A stretch of DNA of 59,831 nucleotides, the filler included, from Dugesia japonica (taxonomy: Eukaryota): the NCBI GenBank assembly GCA_001938525.1. It is 5 parts of 5 records of this genome, joined end to end, with 100 filler letters (N's around TTAATTAATTAA, not from the genome) between each part and the next. Parts side by side here need not be neighbours in the genome. Positions count along the whole stretch, not along the records: positions 48,155 to 59,831 come from MQRL01616135.1; 4 more parts are not named here. One strand, given 5' to 3'. A program made the position numbers and the translations under genes. A model generated the notes under the pieces. That model did not search any database. It saw only the letters and a program-made list of their open reading frames with translations, and was not told the DNA's origin. Below, in pieces: positions 53,191 through 59,831 of the stretch (the first letter of the stretch is position 1; every line of letters begins with the position of its first letter).

Positions 53191-55013
53191 GGTAAAACTA
53201 ATGATGAGTCTCAATAATTACATATATTTTTATTTGTAAACCTTCATGTTTTTACGCATGAAGTTTCACACTTCAAGCATGACATTATTGATGAATCTTA
53301 AAGTTTTAATATTATTATTATTATTGTTGGGGTGAAACCCCTAATATCGAAATTAAAAATGGCAATAGGTATACTTGAAATTCAAAAAATGGTCGTCAGT
53401 AAAGAAAGCAGAGCACTTGGACCTAAGAAGAACATAATTCAGTGAAATAAAGAGATAATTAAAAGAAAAACCAAGAGTGGTAGCTAAAACTAACGAAACA
53501 ATCAACGAAACCCAAAATTTACAAGAAACTCAGAAAAGAACAGACCAAAGAAGATAAGAAGTAATAGAAGTTGTAGCAGGACAAAGAAAGATAATGAATA
53601 ACTATTAGTTCATTGGGCAAAATCAAGAAAATGGAATTAATACTGGAAGAACGAAAAATTAATTAAATGAATTAAATGAAGAAAACAGTGAAATTAAATT
53701 AAAACCAAATCAAGGAACAAAGAAATAAACACCTAATTAAGATGCACCAAGAAAATAAAATAAATAATTTATTTATTTAAATAAAATAATTCGAACAATT
53801 TAAAATAAATTATTTTTTAAAGAAAAATAATTAGTCCGTGAAAACTGGCAAAAACGACGACTTCCCATGGTGGAAAAGTTAGCAGTTAAAAAAGTTCTGG
53901 TCAAGAAAAAATCGGAGATCTTAAAAATCTAAGTTAAAAAATCATTATAGGTCTCAGAAAAAAGATACAAGGGTTTAAAGGCTGTCCAATAGATTCAAAA
54001 TCTAAAAATATCAACCAATAAAAAGAACTCACGTGACGTTCAAGCCAATGGNNNNNNNNNNNNNNNNNNNNNNNNNNNNNNNNNNNNNNNNNNNNNNNNN
54101 NATATCAACCAATAAAAAGAACTCACGTGACGTTCAAGCCAATGGAAACATCAGAAAAATCATACGACTCCAAATGAACGGAATGGGGGTGTGAAGAGAA
54201 ACCGGTATGAATACCGATGAAAATTTCACAAAATTAACACTTCTTAACCAGAAAAATATCGAGTTTGACCGGAAAAAATTCTAGTATCACCAAAGGTGAT
54301 TATTTTTACTCGTTAATGTATGATGCAACGATTTCCGACTGGATTGCGATGTCTTGGTATTATTGGGGACCTCTGGAGTCACTAGTGGAAACAAATGAGA
54401 TGGATGTTATGCTCTTGTGCTTGCTCCGGATCGGGATTCAGTCATGTTAGTTGTTTGTTATAATTGTTAAATTTATGCCCCAGTAACAGTAAAATTTAGA
54501 ATATAATTTTTCACTCGTTGAATTCTGCTATTCCTTATAACAGTAAAACCAAAGGGTATTGATTTTTAACCTAAAAGTAGTAATTAAACAAACTCAGTTA
54601 AAAATGTTTAACCGTTTATATGAAACGATTTTTAATTAATTAAGACCTCATTAATTGATAAATTAAAATCTAATAAATGAGTTAGAAGTTGAAGTATAAT
54701 GGACTTATGACTGTTAAATATGATTTGTAACTACAGCGAGTATCATGAAATATGGACCCGAACATAAGGAGTGCGAGTCTACTCATATTTCGAGTCAATG
54801 GCTCCATTCCAAAGATCTGGATTTTTGGGGACACTAGATTCAAATTCATCGCGGGGTTTTACCAGGTCAATTANNNNNNNNNNNNNNNNNNNNNNNNNNN
54901 NNNNNNNNNNNNNNNNNNNNNNNNNNNNNNNNNNNNNNNNNNNNNNNNNNNNNNNNNNNNNNNNNNNNNNNNNNNNNNNNNNNNNNNNNNNNNNNNNNNN
55001 NNNNNNNNNNNNN

Positions 55014-55072
<59 letters not shown>

Positions 55073-55080
55073 ATTATTAT
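55014..55080 (+). repeat. (ATT)n microsatellite
   Basis: Directly visible. Confidence 0.95.
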
Positions 55081-55119
55081 AATTTATATTATTGTTATTA
55101 ATATAAAAAATACGAAAAG

Positions 55120-55497
55120 AAAATGTTTATTTCCACGATGACAGGTAATGTACAGTTTTAAACATTTTTTGTAAGCACAGTAATCTCCATGATTATAATA
55201 TGGACAAGAAATATTATCCGGTATATTTAATTGAAGATGCTCAGCTGAGTTATAATTGGCAATTCAAAGACTCGGGAAAATATGTTAGAGAGTATTGATT
55301 TTCTTTCCATTCACGTGATCATTCACATAAAACAGTGAATCTTTTGCAATGGTTTTTAAGTCATTGAGAATTCGAATTGGATCAAATTTATAATCTTTAT
55401 CAATCCACCTGAGATGATGACGCCAGAGTCGTAAGTACTCATTAGTTGTTTGAGCAGACTTTGATAAACTACCCATTGATTTCGTCATGGCAAACAT
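55120..55497 (-). pseudogene. Maverick-associated small ORF with Cys/His-rich C-terminus
   Basis: ORF 55497-55285 continues in frame through two stops to IPDNISCPYYNHGDYCAYKKCLKLYITCH. Confidence 0.5.
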
Positions 55498-55632
55498 GAA
55501 TTAAAACGGTTAAAGAATATTATTCACATCCATTGTACATAGTTATTTAATTAAATAGTCGACATTATTATCCTGAAAGGCTTCATAATCAATAAAAAAC
55601 ACAGACATTTTAAAATTTTATTGATAATCACA

Positions 55633-55710
55633 TTAACATTGTTTATACTGGCTTTTAAGCCATTCAATACAATATTGTCCACAAAGAAATGTCAATGGAT
55701 TTTATTCTAT
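55633..55710 (-). pseudogene. Adenain-like cysteine protease C-terminal remnant
   Basis: E*NPLTFLCGQYCIEWLK (Q-x6-CGxYC catalytic motif, Gln codon read as TAA). Confidence 0.6.
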
Positions 55711-55714
55711 TTTC

Positions 55715-57266
55715 AATTTTGTTGATGGAAGATGATCAGACAGGTAAATACATTGGAATTTCAAGTCTTATATGCACAACGTCACCAAATGAATGCCTTA
55801 TTACTATCAACCCATATACTCCTCAAATGTGGCATGCGTACATCACCAACCAGAATTGAATCGACTATTGNNNNNNNNNNNNNNNNNNNNNNNNNNNNNN
55901 NNNNNNNNNNNNNNNNNNNNNNNNNNNNNNNNNNNNNNNNNNNNNNNNNNNNNNNNNNNNNNNNNNNNNNNNNNNNNNNNNNNNNNNNNNNNNNNNNNNN
56001 NNNNNNNNNNNNNNNNNNNNNNNNNNNNNNNNNNNNNNNNNNNNNNNNNNNNNNNNNNNNNNNNNNNNNNNNNNNNNNNNNNNNNNNNNNNNNNNNCGAA
56101 ATTTTATTGGTTTATTTTTTTTATTTTTAATTTTAATAATTTTTATTTTTAAATCAACTCAAAAAATTTTCAAAATTTTTTTTTAATTAATACAGAAAAG
56201 TCTTTTAGATATTGTAGATATATTGTACTTAGAATTTTTTAATTTTAAAATTTTGTATTTTTTTTTGAAAATTTTTAAAAATTTTATTTTGTGTTTTTTT
56301 AAACATATAATTTATGTTATTTTAAATAAATATTATTTTTTATAAATTTCTCTTTTAAAATTCATTCAAAAATGAACTAATTTTACACCAAATTATAAAA
56401 TTTATTTTTTTGAACTAAAAATCCGTAACCATTAAATGACTTTCAAATTCAAAATAATTGATTGCTGTTTTGATTTCAGTAAATTTTAGTTTAACATCAG
56501 TTTTGGCGATATTGTCCAACATTTTAGTATCTGATTCGATAAATGAATCCATCGATTTGTTTTTCGTCTTTTGTGAATTAAACCNCAGTAACCGAGCATC
56601 AAACAATAAATTAAACTCCAATTCCATATTGCAATCAGATTTGATAATTATTTTCTTTTTACCATTAATACTAATTTCGCAATTCTTTTTATTTTTGAAT
56701 CCAGAAACAACAGGTTTTCCATTTTTAATCTCAACATTTACATTTTCNNNNNNNNNNNNNNNNNNNNNNNNNNNNNNNNNNNNNNNNNNNNNNNNNNNNN
56801 NNNNNNNNNNNNNNNNNNNNNNNNNNNNNNNNNNNNNNNNNNNNNNNNNNNNNNNNNNNNNNNNNNNNNNNNNNNNNNNNNNNNNNNNNNNNNNNNNNNN
56901 NNNNNNNNNNNNACGATTTAAACTCCATTTCTACTTGACAATCTGTTTTTAATATTACTTTCTTTTCATCGGAAAATATATACCAGCTATATTTATTGGT
57001 AGGGACGGTATTATAAAGTTGAAGACTGCCATTTACAATACTTAATTGAAATTTATCTTCAATTTCCATCACTTCTATTATTTTATATTCAATTTTGAAC
57101 CTTTCCGTATGGTCTGTGGACAATAATTGAAAACAAATTCTGTCATGGCAGCTTCCCAATGGTCATCTTTTAAATTGATGGCATTCTCAACCAAATATTT
57201 GCTTGCATTATTATCAGTTCGAGTTCTTGGACAGCTATTGCTTTGCAAAATCATATAGAAACTCAT
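55715..57266 (-). pseudogene. Polinton minor capsid (penton-like) gene, disrupted
   Basis: N-terminus MSFYMILQSNS...DNNASKY...INLKDDHWEAAMTEF; C-terminus IVDSILVGDVRMPHLRSI...PMYLPV*SSSINKIE; interrupted by gaps and the repeat at 56097-56415. Confidence 0.75.
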
Positions 57267-57268
57267 TA

Positions 57269-58254
57269 TTAGATTTGAGATGCTTGAATCCACTTAGGCT
57301 TTGAATAGCCATACCATTCAACTAGATATTGCTTATATTGGCCTTGACATTTGGTTTAGAGAATTGATTTAATTCGATATATACTTGGTTTTTCCGTCAA
57401 CTCCTTCTCATAGAATTTGCCTTGAATAATATTACCATCTTCATCACGTATTACATACATGACTGGAGTCTGTCTGGTATTGATTTCCGAGATTTGAAAG
57501 ACTTCATTATTCCAATTATTATCAAAGTTTTTAATGAATGGTGTAGTACTAATTCGAGAAATCTGTACATGTTGTCCAATTTTTTATTTTGGTTTTGGTT
57601 TTTTTATTGATGAAATACTGTGTATAATCATCATCATCTGTAACATCAACTGTCTTCTTTCCTCCTCCAATATCTCTATGCTCAGAATGTTTGTATGCAT
57701 AAATCATTTTTATCCATTTTTTATTACCTTGTTTGATAAAAAATTTGTTTAATCGTGTGCATAGTGTTCGATTAAATCGCTCAACTAGAGCAGCCTTGTA
57801 CTGAGAAAATACTGAATAGTGCAGTATACTATATTGTTTCAGTAATGATTTGACCTGTGTATTATAAAACTCTTTACCCAAATCGGTTTGAATAGCTTTT
57901 GTGTGAACATCTTTAAACATTACCGTCAAAGCCAACAACATATCTTTACCAGATTTCCGGTTTAATGGAACTGCACGAGCAAATCGACTAAATACATCCA
58001 ACACATGTCAAAATATATTGATAATCATTATTTATGCTTGCATATGGAATCATTTCTATCAAATCTATTTCCCATAGTCTATTAACCCCAGCAACAATAT
58101 ATTTGCGGGTTGGAAACCGTTTTCGCATTGGTCTATTCAAACTATGTGCCAACTGATTACCTAACCATTTCTTCGTCTTTTTTGTAGCATTTGCAAGCTT
58201 TGAAATACCGGTGTATCCAACTGGATTCTTTGGATTGTACCATAGTTGTTCCAT
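57269..58254 (-). pseudogene. Maverick c-integrase (DDE) with C-terminal chromodomain-like region
   Basis: WYNPKNPVGYTG, LWEIDLIEM, YILTC/DVFSRFA, IQTDLGKEF, KAALVERFNRTL; tail KIGQHVQIS...NWNNEVF...IQGKFYEKEL...YLVEWYGY...KWI*. Confidence 0.93.
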
Positions 58255-58360
58255 CAACTTGATTGCGTGAAATACAACAACAAATATTTAATGAATTGTC
58301 TGGAAGATTAGAAGGTGCAACACCCATTTATATTGCAATATCAAAAACAATTTAAATTGT

Positions 58361-58724
58361 TTATACAGAATCAATAATTTTCTTTGTAGCAGCCCCAACT
58401 GCACCCGTTGCTGCCGCTTTACCCAACAAACTTATAATCGGTAAAAGTGCAGCCCAAACAAACCTATTTCTAATTTGTCCGTAATAAACTTGTTTGTTAC
58501 TCTTCTTCTTGTTTTCATTTCGTAAAGTAAAATGTCTTTCAAGTATTCGTTTCTTTGCTGCCAAATTCATTGCTTTCGCCATGTCTACAAGAGCTTCTTG
58601 ATACTTTTTTCATCGACAGTTTCCATTTTTATGACCAACATTGACTCGACCTAAAAGAATTTGTTGCAAAACACTAATGAAATCATTCATTACAAATTCG
58701 AGCATGGAGTGCATAATTTGCCAT
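58361..58724 (-). pseudogene. Polinton small basic protein with amphipathic C-terminus (adenovirus pX-like)
   Basis: QILLGRVNV...KKYQEALVDMAK...AAKKRILE...FVWAALLPIISLLGKAAATGAVGAATKKIID. Confidence 0.6.
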
Positions 58725-58764
58725 AAAAAATTTGATAGAGCCCTAAATATGAATACAAAAATAA

Positions 58765-58793
58765 TATATATAGGCTCATGATTATTGCTCATT
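58765..58793. promoter_or_regulatory. Candidate bidirectional TATA box with TCATT initiator
   Basis: Palindromic TATATATA at 58765-72 between divergent ATGs (58724 minus, 58806 plus); TCATT at 58789-93. Confidence 0.4.
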
Positions 58794-58805
58794 TTTTATT
58801 AAACA

Positions 58806-59261
58806 ATGTTATCAAATATTAATTACAGAGCTCATCTAATTGATTCACTTTCAAATCTTCGATTTAATACCTGGAAGAAACCCAGACAGTGTGTAATGAA
58901 AATGAAAGATTATTCAGTAATTGTTTTTGATAGTGGAAAATGTCGAATCATGGGATGCAAGAAACCAATCATGAACAAATGACTTGCAAAGATATCAATA
59001 TCCAAATAGATGGTATTCAATCAATTACTTTAACATGTGATCTTGACACTTGGTGAATTTATATAGATTGAGCAAGGTAATAGATTGTGGGTTAGAACCG
59101 GAATTATTTCCAGCATTACGAATCAACAAGTATAAGCCATTATGGTCAGTGTTTTTGCCAGTGGAAAAGTGGTAATTCTTGGACTAAAGTCATTTGATTA
59201 TCATGAAGTTATCAAAGAAATTACAAAATATATACAACATTTTTTAAATGAATCAAATTAA
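58806..59261 (+). pseudogene. TATA-binding-protein-like gene (two-repeat core only), three frameshifts
   Basis: MLSNINY...SVIVFDSGKCRIMGCKK / IQSITLTCDL / VNLYRLS...LEPELFPALRI..YKP / VSVFASGKVVILGLKS versus TBP LIFSSGKMVCTGAKS and YEPELFPGLIYR...IFVSGKVVLTGAK. Confidence 0.85.
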
Positions 59262-59320
59262 TTATTAAAGAATATTATGTATAAATGTATAAATTTCTTT
59301 TATTATTTTACATTTTCAAA

Positions 59321-59740
59321 ATGATATAAGAACAACAAAACGAATTGGATCATCAATCATCTAAGTGAAAATTTAAAATTCACCGTTTCCACTTGTTTGA
59401 GAAACCAATTATTGTTAATATTAAAGACAGTGCAGAAATTGAAAAATCCAAGAACTTGTATCTCATAAAGAATATGAGTGGGCATTATCTAGATAATATG
59501 AGGCAAGCAATGAAACAATTGAATGTTGATTTGGATTTCAAAGAAAAATCTTTTGATCATCTTTACTTACCAGGTCATAAAATAACAATTTTGGATATTA
59601 TTGGTAGAAAATTGGAAAAGATGCCGAAATCAATAAAGTGTCGACTCAAAATTGCTCTGAATGGTTTTAAACAAATGAATCATGATTATGATGAGATTCC
59701 ATTGTGGGATATAAAGCAAATAATGTATAACTATCAATAA
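59321..59740 (+). pseudogene. Maverick-associated hypothetical ORF (5' end disrupted)
   Basis: 115-aa open frame 59393-59740; upstream ATG at 59321 preceded by tandem TATAAAT motifs at ~59280-59295. Confidence 0.5.
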
Positions 59741-59831
59741 TTGATCATATTTTGTGTAGTAATTAATTTAAACTTATAATACATTCAAAATCTTTTCCTA
59801 CTTGGTTTTAATTATAAAAATATTGATGATA

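Larger units (their letters stand above)
55100..59831. mobile_element. Decayed Maverick/Polinton (adintovirus-like) element, partial
   Basis: Closely packed intronless genes: c-integrase, minor capsid, adenain remnant, pX-like protein and accessory ORFs. No pPolB, ATPase, major capsid or TIR seen in the window. Confidence 0.88.

Noticed and set aside
53325-54450. Possible gag-like remnant after tgttggggtg
   Set aside because: A-rich with many stops and no recognisable motif; insufficient support for a call.
58610-58792. ORF-track start at 58792 for the pX-like gene
   Set aside because: It would leave only 13 bp to the divergent TBP-like ATG and run through the TATA box; 58724 is the more plausible start.
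1-59831. tRNA, rRNA, prokaryotic operons or defence systems
   Set aside because: None recognised; spliceosomal introns and animal TE families indicate eukaryotic nuclear DNA.

Overview
Very AT-rich, gap-ridden, repeat-dense eukaryotic (invertebrate animal-like) DNA; the species cannot be identified from the sequence. The window is five contigs joined by artificial N44-TTAATTAATTAA-N44 linkers (about 1-13497, 13598-26820, 26921-39843, 39944-48054, 48155-end), so adjacency across linkers has no biological meaning. Host gene pieces: a rhodopsin-like GPCR exon, five exons of a leishmanolysin/invadolysin (M8) peptidase, DYRK1 N-terminal exon(s) and two ENTPD4/7 exons, with several tiny introns (34-59 bp). 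Most of the rest is decayed mobile DNA: Helitron, several mariners (one with perfect TIRs), rosa/DD41D elements, hAT, MULE, pogo, a Gypsy element, and two Penelope-like families whose terminal repeats carry minimal hammerhead ribozymes. The most unusual region is ~55.1-59.8 kb, a decayed Maverick/Polinton (integrase with chromodomain-like tail, minor capsid, adenain remnant, pX-like protein) that also contains an intronless, divergent TATA-binding-protein-like gene missed by the ORF track. All family assignments are manual motif recognition; no searches were run, and boundaries of decayed elements are approximate.
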